The notes below the pieces were generated by a model, which saw nothing but the letters and a program-made list of their open reading frames with translations, had not been told where the DNA came from and did not search any database. From an uncultured archaeon (GTDB lineage: Archaea > Asgardarchaeota > Lokiarchaeia > Sigyniarchaeales > SOKP01), in NCBI GenBank assembly GCA_964508365.1, contig CAZDTP010000030.1, positions 1-45,817 of the forward strand: DNA of 45,817 nucleotides. The letters are read 5' to 3'. Of the stretch, positions 37,656 to 45,817 are shown one piece after another. The first letter of the stretch is position 1. Each line of letters begins with the position of its first letter. The translations under genes and the position numbers were made by a program.

Positions 37656-39611
37656 ATGGAATATATTAAAATCTTAAAAAGCCAACCTGGGGAAGAACTT
37701 TTTCTTCTAGGGAACATGGCCATTGCTCGTGGCGCTTTGGAAAGTGGTATAAATGTTTACACATATTATCCGGGGACTCCCAGTTCTGAAATTGGAGCTT
37801 TTTTTACGGAACTATTTAAAGTGACAGAATTGAATTGGGTAGAAAGTAGCGTTAACGAGAAGGTCGCAATTGAAGTTGCGGGTGCTGCTTATGCTCGAGG
37901 GGCAAAGGTTATGGTTGGTATGAAAAACGTGGGATTGAATGTTGCTTCAGATCCCTTATTTGCTCTTGCTACTACGCACCCAAGAAATGAAAGTTCCGCT
38001 ATAGTTGTTTTAATTGCCGACGATCCTCAACAGTATTCAAGTGCCGTTGAAATGGATTCAAGATATTACTTGAAGCTATTAAAAATCCCCGCTTTGGAAC
38101 CAAGCAACCCTCAAGAGTGTTTGGAATATACTAAACATGCGTTCGAAATATCAAGGGATTTAAAAATTCCTGTTATTTTGCGGTTGGTAACAATGGTGGC
38201 TCACGCAAGGAACAATGTTAAATTAGGAGAAGTTATACCATCTGAAATTGATGAGAGTTTTGATTTATCTCCTGAGGTAAATGTAGCGTCAAGACTCTAT
38301 TTCTTAGATTTGAAACAAGATCAGATATATAATAGGATGAATCGAGCATTAATAATGTCAGAGAAAAGTTCTTTAAATAGAGTCGAATATGAAAATGTGT
38401 CAAACAATTTCGATTTAGGGATTATTACAAGTGGCGTATCCTATAGTTATATACTCGAAGCTCTAGATTCTCTTAACATAAAAGCACCTATTCTTAAACT
38501 TGGCTTCATAAACCCTCTTCCTGAAAGGAAAATCGTTAAGTTCCTTAAACAGTTTAAACAAGTATTGGTCGTAGAAGAAAATGACGCGTACATCGAAACA
38601 GAAGTATTAGCGATTGCTCAAAAGAATGGCATTCAAACGAAAATACACGGGAAAGATCCATTTTCTTATTCAAAAGAAAGTTCATTATTGAATTTTGTTG
38701 GGGAATTAAATCCAACTGAAGTTGCTCTTGCGTTAATAAAATTAACTAATCTAAAACCAAAAATAAACCTCAAACAAATTAAAGAGAAAAAGTATAAAAC
38801 AGTTAGAAGGAAACCCACATTATGCCCTGGCTGTCCTTACGGTGCAATTGGATATGCTTTAAAGAAAGCGGTCAAGAAATTAAAGTCAGACTCAGGAAAA
38901 GAAATTTACTTTTATCAAGATATTGGGTGTTATACGCTTCTATCTTTCCCACCGTATTCTTTTGCTAATGTGAAGTATTGTATGGGATCGAGCATCGCTT
39001 TAGCTCAGGGAGTTGCGCACACTGACGACAGCTTGAATATAGCCATTATAGGGGATGGTACTTTTTTTCATTCTGGAATACCAGCTTTAATAAACGGGGT
39101 CCACAATAAAGCACCAATTTTAGTATTGATTCTAGATAATGGTTGGATCGGGATGACAGGACAACAACCCCATCCAGGAAGTGATATTCGCTATTATCAG
39201 GAAGGAATCTATAAGGAAAAAGTAGATTTAAGGAGACTTCTACAAGGCACTGGTGCAAATGTCAGTGTAATCACTTATCAAAAGGGAAATAAAGAGAATT
39301 ATCTCGATAACCTGGAAGATTTAATCTACGAAAAAGGTCAAAGTGTTTTAGAAAAAAAGGATATGCAAGTTATTGTAATTGAAGATGAATGCATCCAGAA
39401 ATATATTCAAAGAAACACGCTGGAAGTAAGGTATGTAGACGAAGGGTTATGCAACAATTGCGGTTTGTGCTATAATCAATTTAACTGTCCCGCGTTAAAT
39501 AAAAAAAACGATCACGCTCATATTAATTCAAACGAGTGCTTAGGGTGCGGTATCTGTGAAGATTTATGTCCAAACAATGCAATATTAGGAGGAGATAATA
39601 ACGAATACTAA
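37656..39611 (+). CDS. iorA: Indolepyruvate:ferredoxin oxidoreductase alpha subunit
   Basis: GNMAIARG, YPGTPSSEI, NEKVA, CPGCP, DIGCY, GDGTFFHSG TPP motif, two C-terminal 4Fe-4S Cys motifs. Confidence 0.93.
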   Translation: MEYIKILKSQPGEELFLLGNMAIARGALESGINVYTYYPGTPSSEIGAFFTELFKVTELNWVESSVNEKVAIEVAGAAYARGAKVMVGMKNVGLNVASDPLFALATTHPRNESSAIVVLIADDPQQYSSAVEMDSRYYLKLLKIPALEPSNPQECLEYTKHAFEISRDLKIPVILRLVTMVAHARNNVKLGEVIPSEIDESFDLSPEVNVASRLYFLDLKQDQIYNRMNRALIMSEKSSLNRVEYENVSNNFDLGIITSGVSYSYILEALDSLNIKAPILKLGFINPLPERKIVKFLKQFKQVLVVEENDAYIETEVLAIAQKNGIQTKIHGKDPFSYSKESSLLNFVGELNPTEVALALIKLTNLKPKINLKQIKEKKYKTVRRKPTLCPGCPYGAIGYALKKAVKKLKSDSGKEIYFYQDIGCYTLLSFPPYSFANVKYCMGSSIALAQGVAHTDDSLNIAIIGDGTFFHSGIPALINGVHNKAPILVLILDNGWIGMTGQQPHPGSDIRYYQEGIYKEKVDLRRLLQGTGANVSVITYQKGNKENYLDNLEDLIYEKGQSVLEKKDMQVIVIEDECIQKYIQRNTLEVRYVDEGLCNNCGLCYNQFNCPALNKKNDHAHINSNECLGCGICEDLCPNNAILGGDNNEY

Positions 39612-40179
39612 TATATATACTATCGTAATTACAGGTTTAGGGGGACAAGGTTTAGTTAGGTTCTTACAAATTTTAGGATATAGCTTGATGCGAAAAGGAT
39701 ACAAGGTAATAACTTCTGAGAAACACGGTCTAAGCCAGAGGGGAGGAAAGGTAACCTGCTTCCTTCGTTTTGGAGAAAAGATCGCAGCCCCGATACCTAT
39801 GATAGGATCAGCAGATATGATAATTGCTACTGAAAAGGCCTGTATTTTAGATGTATTAGAATATGCAAAACCTGATCGAAGTTCTAGGCTGATTGTAGCA
39901 ACTTATGAGAAAGAAACTCAAAATAATGAATATCCTTTAGAAGTAAATTTATCAAAAGCCCTATATGAGAATTCGGATAATGTCCATATTGTTCCAGTAA
40001 TGCAAATAGTTGATAAATTTAAGAATCTCAGAATTATAAATACTATTATTTTAGGGTATATCATCAGATTCTTACCTATAGCTGAGGAGGATCTATTAGC
40101 ATCAATAAATCAACATTTTAAAGGAAAGGTTTTAGAATTAAATCAAAAAACATTTGATGAAGGAAGAAATTTAAAATAA
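39598..40179 (+). CDS. iorB: Indolepyruvate oxidoreductase beta subunit (non-canonical start)
   Basis: IVITGLGGQG N-terminal motif (39622-39651) lies upstream of the first TTG/ATG (39685/39688); HGLSQRGG, ADMIIA; AGGAGGAG SD before ATA 39598. Confidence 0.88.
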   Translation: MTNTNIYTIVITGLGGQGLVRFLQILGYSLMRKGYKVITSEKHGLSQRGGKVTCFLRFGEKIAAPIPMIGSADMIIATEKACILDVLEYAKPDRSSRLIVATYEKETQNNEYPLEVNLSKALYENSDNVHIVPVMQIVDKFKNLRIINTIILGYIIRFLPIAEEDLLASINQHFKGKVLELNQKTFDEGRNLK

Positions 40180-40192
40180 GAATACTTACTTC

Positions 40193-40420
40193 TTATTTTA
40201 CTTCATTACAGGCAAGACAAGAGTTCATAATTTTAACCATTCTATTATTCTCTTTAATTTCTTCTACGATTTCTTTAAAAATGCCTTTATAATATTCTTT
40301 TGGACTTTTTCTTTGCATCCCTATATTTTCATCTAACCAAATCCTTTCTCTTAATGCCGTCATCTCTATTACCTCCAAAAAAGATTTATTTTCAGATATT
40401 TCATATTTACCTAATTTCAA
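40193..40420 (-). CDS. Small hypothetical protein
   Basis: 75-aa ORF filling the gap after iorB; C-terminal CLAC; no family recognised. Confidence 0.45.
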   Translation of the reverse strand: MKLGKYEISENKSFLEVIEMTALRERIWLDENIGMQRKSPKEYYKGIFKEIVEEIKENNRMVKIMNSCLACNEVK

Positions 40421-40604
40421 CTAACATCTGGTATTAAATAAAGGAATGTGGTATAATTATGAATTAAGATCGTGAGATAAGTACGTTATATATAAATATA
40501 AATTCGTTCTTCATAAACAGGAATAAATTTCTTACCAAATTTATATTTATAGATTGTATTTTCATGGTTATAGATGCTCTGCGTTTTTAATTTTAGATAG
40601 AATT

Positions 40605-41222
40605 TTATTTATTATATCTTAGCATTAACCACATTTCATTATCATTATCAGGGAAAGAGAGATGTTCAACCACTTCAAATCCAAAATGTTCGTACAGAGC
40701 CAAATTTCTTTCGGGAGATTCTAAATAACAAGGTAAATTGTTTTCATCAAGTTTAGCAAACATAGGTTTTAATAATCTACTAGCATAACCATTTCCTTGG
40801 TAGCTGGGGTCTATAGCAATATTATATAGATACATGTGAGGAAAATTAGCATGCTGCTTATGTTTTTTACTGGCTAAGCTGCTATATCGCAATAACTTTT
40901 TTCGGCCTTCATTCCCTGCTCTAAAAAAAACGGAAAGAGCTCCATGTCGTATGTATTGCCAATTTGATAATTTTACTTTATCGTGAGGTAGCCAAGCGGC
41001 AACTCCCTCAATAATTTTACTTGGAGCGTAGACACAACCAAATTTTACAGAGATCTGAAATGTTAAATTCATTAATTTTGTTAAGTATTTCATCTGTTCA
41101 GAGGGATCTTTAGAGGAAGTAGAAAAATCGTCAGCTTCAAAATACGCTCTAGCAGCAACTTCTCCTGCTAAACGAAAATTTGTTTTATCGAATTTAAAGA
41201 GATTATCTAGGTCGTTAAACAC
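40605..41222 (-). CDS. GNAT family N-acetyltransferase
   Basis: MYLYNIAIDPSYQGNGYAS, PCYLES, LYEHFGFEV; same family as 6232-6852. Confidence 0.9.
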   Translation of the reverse strand: MFNDLDNLFKFDKTNFRLAGEVAARAYFEADDFSTSSKDPSEQMKYLTKLMNLTFQISVKFGCVYAPSKIIEGVAAWLPHDKVKLSNWQYIRHGALSVFFRAGNEGRKKLLRYSSLASKKHKQHANFPHMYLYNIAIDPSYQGNGYASRLLKPMFAKLDENNLPCYLESPERNLALYEHFGFEVVEHLSFPDNDNEMWLMLRYNK

Positions 41223-41314
41223 ACCTAGAATAATTTTTTATAATTCTTAATTTCTTCTAAAACTAGTTTTGATAAGACCGTGTTACAAAAGAGTTAAATA
41301 ATATAACGACAGAT

Positions 41315-43480
41315 TTGTATTTATCAATAATTAAAGGTATTTGCGAAGTTAAAATGAAAAATAATTGGAAAATGAAAAAGTGCTTTCTTTTCTTTGGTAT
41401 GATACTTGTGTTAACACTAGCAACTTTTTACAATTTTCATATGAATGAAAGGACTAAAACTGAAGATGTATACAAAAATACTAAAATAAACTTAAAGACC
41501 GCTGGATATTGGGATCTTACAGGCGTTCTAATAGATATTGATGATAGCAATCCCTCTAAAAATTGGTCACATACAGCGTCCACTTATGATTGGTGTAGTG
41601 GCTCTGGCACTTGGAATGATCCATATGTTATTGAAAATGTTACAGTTGATTATTATGGTATAAGTTTGGGAAACTCTATTTATATTAGAAATTCAAAGAA
41701 TTCTTATTTTATTATTAGAAATTGTACATTAGACAATTCATATCCAGATACAGATATTGAGAATGTTGGAATAAAGTTGGAAAACGTTGACAATGGGATT
41801 TTAATGAATAACACTTTCACTGTAAATGAATATGGAATTTCTCTCTACTCTAATTGTGATAATAATACAATTTTAGAAAATAAACTAATAGATAATGAAG
41901 CAGTTGGTGTTGAACTAGCGGTTGGATGTGGAGGAAATATAATTTCTAAAAATATAATCGATCATACTGAACAATACGGGATTATGTGTAGTTACAGTTC
42001 AAATGGTAATAATATCACTAATAATATTATTAAAAATAACGGATGGCATTGGGGTTTAGAGGCGGATTCTGGAATAATGATTCTTTCAAGTAATGATAAT
42101 ATTGTATCAAACAATGAAATAACTAATAATAATCAAAACGGTGTCTACATCTACAGCGATTACTGCTATTATAATGTTATTATCAATAATACTATAAGCG
42201 GGAATAGAAAAGGAATTCGAATGGCTTATAATGTGGTTGGTACCACCATTAGAGACAATTTAATTAGAGACAATAGTGAATATGGAATATATATAGCGAC
42301 TTCTCACCCTCAAGGTAGTGAAATCTATCTCAACTGGTTTATTGATAATGGTATTCAGGCTTATGATAATGGTTTAGGACAAAGTAATAATTGGGATAAT
42401 GGAACGATCGGAAATTTTTGGAGTGATTATCTTGGTGTTGACACTGATGATAATGGAATTGGTGATACTCCTTATTTAATTGGAGGTGATTACGGAGGAA
42501 ATCAAGACAATTATCCAATCTGGTATGATTCTCCAAATATTGAAATTCATTCACCTCATCCATCTGAAATCTTTGAAACTTCTGCCCCAACTTTTAACGT
42601 AAGTATAAAAGATCCTAATTTAGATTCTATGTGGTATACTTTGAGTAATGTAATGCAAAAGGTTCTATTTACAACAAATGAAAGTGTTAATCAAGGATTG
42701 TGGGATGCTTTGCCTGATGGACCCATTTCAATCACTTTTTATGCGAATGACACAGTAGGAAACGTAAATTCTTCGTCAGTTACAGTAATTAGGGATACAG
42801 GAGCACCTGATATACACATAATTAATCCAAACCTAAATGATATTTTTGCATCTACTGCGCCTGCTTTCAATATAGAGGTTAGTGATTTTCTTTTAAATAC
42901 GATGTGGTATACGATAGATGGTGGATTTACTAAGTACTTTTTTACCGTGAATGAATCTATTAATACAAATGGATGGAATAGTGCGCCAGAGGGGTTATTA
43001 GACATTACATTTTATGCGAATGATACATTAGGAAACTTGAATTCTGCATTAGTATCAGTCTACAAAGATACATTATTACCAAAAATTTCGATTATTTCTC
43101 CAGAATATGGTGCGGTATTTAACGCTACTGCACCTAGTTTTATCGTAGAGTTTGATGAAGCAAATCCAGTGGAGATGTGGTATAATATTAATGAATCTTT
43201 GACTCAATATGCATTTACAGTGAATGGAACAATAAACCAAGCAGCCTGGAATGCCCTTTCTGAAGGAGATTTAATAATAAATTTCTCTATTAAAGATATA
43301 GCGGGTAATATCGCATCTGATGTAGAAATTATAACAAAAACATTACCTCCTACTGATGGAAATAATGGAACAACATTGCCTGAAATAAATAGTTATCCAT
43401 TAATTTTACTGATTACAACAATTTGGATTATTTCAACAATAGTTCTCATCTTAGTAAAGAAAAATATTGAGAAAAAATAA
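41315..43480 (+). CDS. Cell-surface protein: NosD-like right-handed beta-helix, 3 Ig-like repeats, C-terminal TM anchor
   Basis: N-terminal hydrophobic segment; WCSGSGTWNDPYVIE; NNxIxNN beta-helix repeats; WDNGTIGNFWSDY; three about 90-aa MWY...FYANDTxGN repeats; TM plus KKNIEKK tail; probable start ATG 41354. Confidence 0.85.
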   Translation: MYLSIIKGICEVKMKNNWKMKKCFLFFGMILVLTLATFYNFHMNERTKTEDVYKNTKINLKTAGYWDLTGVLIDIDDSNPSKNWSHTASTYDWCSGSGTWNDPYVIENVTVDYYGISLGNSIYIRNSKNSYFIIRNCTLDNSYPDTDIENVGIKLENVDNGILMNNTFTVNEYGISLYSNCDNNTILENKLIDNEAVGVELAVGCGGNIISKNIIDHTEQYGIMCSYSSNGNNITNNIIKNNGWHWGLEADSGIMILSSNDNIVSNNEITNNNQNGVYIYSDYCYYNVIINNTISGNRKGIRMAYNVVGTTIRDNLIRDNSEYGIYIATSHPQGSEIYLNWFIDNGIQAYDNGLGQSNNWDNGTIGNFWSDYLGVDTDDNGIGDTPYLIGGDYGGNQDNYPIWYDSPNIEIHSPHPSEIFETSAPTFNVSIKDPNLDSMWYTLSNVMQKVLFTTNESVNQGLWDALPDGPISITFYANDTVGNVNSSSVTVIRDTGAPDIHIINPNLNDIFASTAPAFNIEVSDFLLNTMWYTIDGGFTKYFFTVNESINTNGWNSAPEGLLDITFYANDTLGNLNSALVSVYKDTLLPKISIISPEYGAVFNATAPSFIVEFDEANPVEMWYNINESLTQYAFTVNGTINQAAWNALSEGDLIINFSIKDIAGNIASDVEIITKTLPPTDGNNGTTLPEINSYPLILLITTIWIISTIVLILVKKNIEKK

Positions 43481-43767
43481 AATATTTATTCCTTTTTTTT
43501 TTTATGTCTTACTATAGGAATAAATTATTGGTTCAGACTTTTTCTAGTTAGAATTTGAACTTAAAATCAATAAATTAAATTATAAAAGACTAATTAGAAA
43601 AGATTGTCAAAGATATTGCATCAAGAAGTTAAGTGTTTAATTTGTTCAATGATAAAACTTTCGAACATCTTAATAAGCATAATTTTATATTTAAAATATT
43701 AAACAATTTGCGTCTTACAAATTAAGTTTCACCTTGGTGATTAATCTACAATAAAATCTCGGAAATA

Positions 43768-45048
43768 TCAGCTCGCCTTAATTTTTATATTTCGGGAGAG
43801 AAAGAGTAAGGGTATAAAGACAATCACTCCAAGGATTATAAGGAACACAAAGACTCCATATATGTTGATTTCGGCTATAAAACCCGCAGCAATAGGAGTG
43901 AACCCAAAGCCGATTCCCTTTAAAATTTCATTTATAGTAGAATATTTTTTAGTATTATTCGCAGCACCGTAATCAATCATAATTCTCAACGATGATCCTT
44001 GAATCAATCCTATAAAAAGTCCAATAGAGGCACTAATTATTGATATATATATTATATTTTGAACTAACATGATTGCTATAGAGCTAATAACGATCATTAT
44101 AAGGCTACTGAATACCGAGATTTTTCTGGAATAGAATTTCATAGAATTACTCCAGGTTAATCCACCTAATTGTCCAACTTGGATTGAAAGTTGAATGAGA
44201 TATGTAAAATATGAGGGATTGTCTTCTATTTTTAGAAATATGGGATAACTAAAGCGAAATATAGATTTTGATACGGCATAAACTATGAGTGTTATCCATG
44301 AGAATAAAATGGGATAAGATATCATCTTATTATTTGAATTTGTTTGATTGTGAGGTTTCGTTTTACCCTTAAGATTCTGATCATCTTTTCCGATACCGAC
44401 ACTGAAATTTTTATTGAGATGATTTAATTCTGATTCTTTTTTAAGGAATAAACTAAAAAGCGGTAATGAAAATGAAATTATAAACGAAAAAGTCATCGCG
44501 AAGTATTCGTCTAAAGAAAAAGCCCAAAAAAAACCAACTAAAAGCCCAGAAATAAAACCAAGATTCCAAGAGAAATTAAAATATCTAAAATTTTTATTAG
44601 ATTTAGCATCACTACTGACACTCTGCCACCTACTTAGTAGATTATAGCAATTAGGCCAAAATACTCCTAACAATAATCCATTTATAACTCGAATAAAGAT
44701 AAGATAATTTGGATCAAAATATATCATCTGAGCGCCCACTAGGAGAGGAGTGCTAATCGTAGATAATAAAATTGAATTTCGAATTCCTAGTTTTTTTGTA
44801 ATTAAGTGGCCAAGAATAGGACCAAAAATATAGGCAATTAAAGGTGCTGCAGTTATTATTCCTAATATACTCTCGCTTACATCTTTATAGAAATAAATAT
44901 AATTTTGAAAGGCTCTCTCGAAAATAGATGTAAAAAATAAACGACAAAAGGAAAGCATGAATATAGGCCAAACACGATAATAAAATAGATTATCACATCT
45001 ATCTGTGTCTCCATATTGAAACGCGGGCGTATCTCCTATAATCCCCAA
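43768..45048 (-). CDS. MFS transporter
   Basis: About 12 hydrophobic helices, KKLGIRNS loop, RVINGLLLG. Confidence 0.8.
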   Translation of the reverse strand: MGIIGDTPAFQYGDTDRCDNLFYYRVWPIFMLSFCRLFFTSIFERAFQNYIYFYKDVSESILGIITAAPLIAYIFGPILGHLITKKLGIRNSILLSTISTPLLVGAQMIYFDPNYLIFIRVINGLLLGVFWPNCYNLLSRWQSVSSDAKSNKNFRYFNFSWNLGFISGLLVGFFWAFSLDEYFAMTFSFIISFSLPLFSLFLKKESELNHLNKNFSVGIGKDDQNLKGKTKPHNQTNSNNKMISYPILFSWITLIVYAVSKSIFRFSYPIFLKIEDNPSYFTYLIQLSIQVGQLGGLTWSNSMKFYSRKISVFSSLIMIVISSIAIMLVQNIIYISIISASIGLFIGLIQGSSLRIMIDYGAANNTKKYSTINEILKGIGFGFTPIAAGFIAEINIYGVFVFLIILGVIVFIPLLFLSRNIKIKAS

Positions 45049-45182
45049 TTATGATACCCAAACCTTTTTTTATACGAAATAGAACGCTGAATATCTCAAA
45101 TACTTTTTCGTTTAGTAAAAATTTATTAACAAAATGTTATATAATTTATCTGAAATTAATTCATAATTTCAAAGGATTAAAA

Positions 45183-45817
45183 ATGAATGTAAAAGAAATA
45201 AAGGGTCGCACTGATTTTAGTTCTGGTCAATTTTTAGGATATGTTTTATGGAAACAGTCTGATGGTTTTCACTTGAGATGGACAACTAAAGGAAAAAAAG
45301 AAAACGATTTTCAAGGAAAGGTAATATGTCAGGCTAAAGTCTTAATCACTAAAAAAATTAAATCAGAATCTAAAGATAAAATCAAGATAACTGGGGGAAA
45401 GATAATTGAATGGAATACCACAGTAAAAAACGATATTGACGGATTAGACTTCCTTACTCCGGGTAATTTTGAACTAGAGTTGCATATTGACAATAAAAAA
45501 GTTAAACCAAAAGCAATATTTTTAGGACCTGAAATGATACAACCAGAAAGTAATCCCTTTACAATTCTTCAGGTAATTTCTGAAAAAAAAATCCAACCGA
45601 AACAAGCGAGTGAAATAAAAAAGCAAGAACCAGAACCAGTATACGAACCCATTGCTGAACCTGAGCCAGAATCAGTATATGAACCTGAACCAAAATATGA
45701 ACCTACACCAGAGCCGGAACCAGTATATGAACCTGAACCAAAATCGGTATACGAACCCATTCCTGAACCTGAGCCAGAATCAGTATATGAACCTGAACCA
45801 AAATATGAACCTACACC
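45183..45817 (+). CDS. Partial ORF: globular N-terminal domain plus Glu/Pro/Tyr tandem repeats (runs off the window)
   Basis: ATG 45183 after AAGGA; open for more than 211 codons; [12 protein letters not shown]...[19 protein letters not shown]...; absent from the ORF track because no stop falls in the window. Confidence 0.85.
   Translation, partial: MNVKEIKGRTDFSSGQFLGYVLWKQSDGFHLRWTTKGKKENDFQGKVICQAKVLITKKIKSESKDKIKITGGKIIEWNTTVKNDIDGLDFLTPGNFELELHIDNKKVKPKAIFLGPEMIQPESNPFTILQVISEKKIQPKQASEIKKQEPEPVYEPIAEPEPESVYEPEPKYEPTPEPEPVYEPEPKSVYEPIPEPEPESVYEPEPKYEPT
45627..45817 (+). repeat. In-frame 108-bp (36-aa) tandem repeat with nested EPEP/YEP subrepeats
   Basis: GTATACGAACCCATT recurs at 45639 and 45747; unit [36 protein letters not shown]; second copy differs by one base over the visible part. 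Confidence 0.9.

Noticed and set aside
3483-43005. Many short track ORFs overlapping longer genes (e.g. 3483-3884, 8357-8632, 10325-10615, 11763-11978, 15009-15218, 17789-20654 set, 24805-25056, 26117-26326, 31018-31314, 32612-33106, 36585-36797, 39046-39258, 42339-43005)
   Set aside because: Antisense or alternate-frame shadows of well-supported genes, with no recognisable motifs
45569-45760. Track ORF with Gly/Ser/Tyr repeats ([11 protein letters not shown]...)
   Set aside because: It is the antisense reading of the EP/YEP repeat gene on the + strand and has no independent SD or context
45627-45817. Possible CRISPR array or non-coding repeat
   Set aside because: Units are contiguous, in frame and multiples of 3, with no unique spacers; no array was seen anywhere in the window despite the CARF gene
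1-45817. Systematic G-to-A/C-to-T damage or hypermutation as a common cause of the ATA starts, Cys-to-Tyr changes, D-to-N change and toxin stop
   Set aside because: About 45 long ORFs, including Trp-containing ones, carry no internal stops, which argues against pervasive damage; ordinary AT-biased decay explains the remnants. Only read-level data can fully exclude it
1-45817. tRNA, rRNA or other structured RNA genes
   Set aside because: No GC-rich cloverleaf or rRNA-like segment recognised by eye; tRNAscan-SE/Infernal would be needed to exclude small ncRNAs

Overview
AT-rich archaeal chromosomal segment, most likely Asgard (Lokiarchaeia/Promethearchaeota). This is inferred from GGTGA/GAGGTG Shine-Dalgarno use, archaeal IOR and ADP-forming acyl-CoA synthetase, heliorhodopsin, and a Loki-CTERM-like surface protein. 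About 45 genes: transporters, GNATs, fatty-acid and amino-acid catabolism, heliorhodopsin plus a Staygreen homolog, an MNT-HEPN toxin-antitoxin pair, fold-III ornithine decarboxylase, a CheB-CheR-PAS-histidine kinase hybrid, C1q and beta-helix surface proteins, and an orphan DNA methyltransferase. No rRNA, tRNA, CRISPR array, integrase or transposase was recognised. Signals missed by the ORF track: (1) a 32-aa Lys/Pro/Ala microprotein (16969-17067) with its own SD and T-tract, resembling linker-histone H1 tails; (2) five genes that appear to start at ATA, four a few nt after an SD and the fifth after a partial GTGA match, clearest for iorB; (3) an intact RNase HI gene whose 3' end and 5' end plus promoter are duplicated as diverged direct repeats bracketing about 11.6 kb; (4) an acidic EP/YEP tandem-repeat protein running off the right edge. 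All identities and counts were done by hand and no database search was run.
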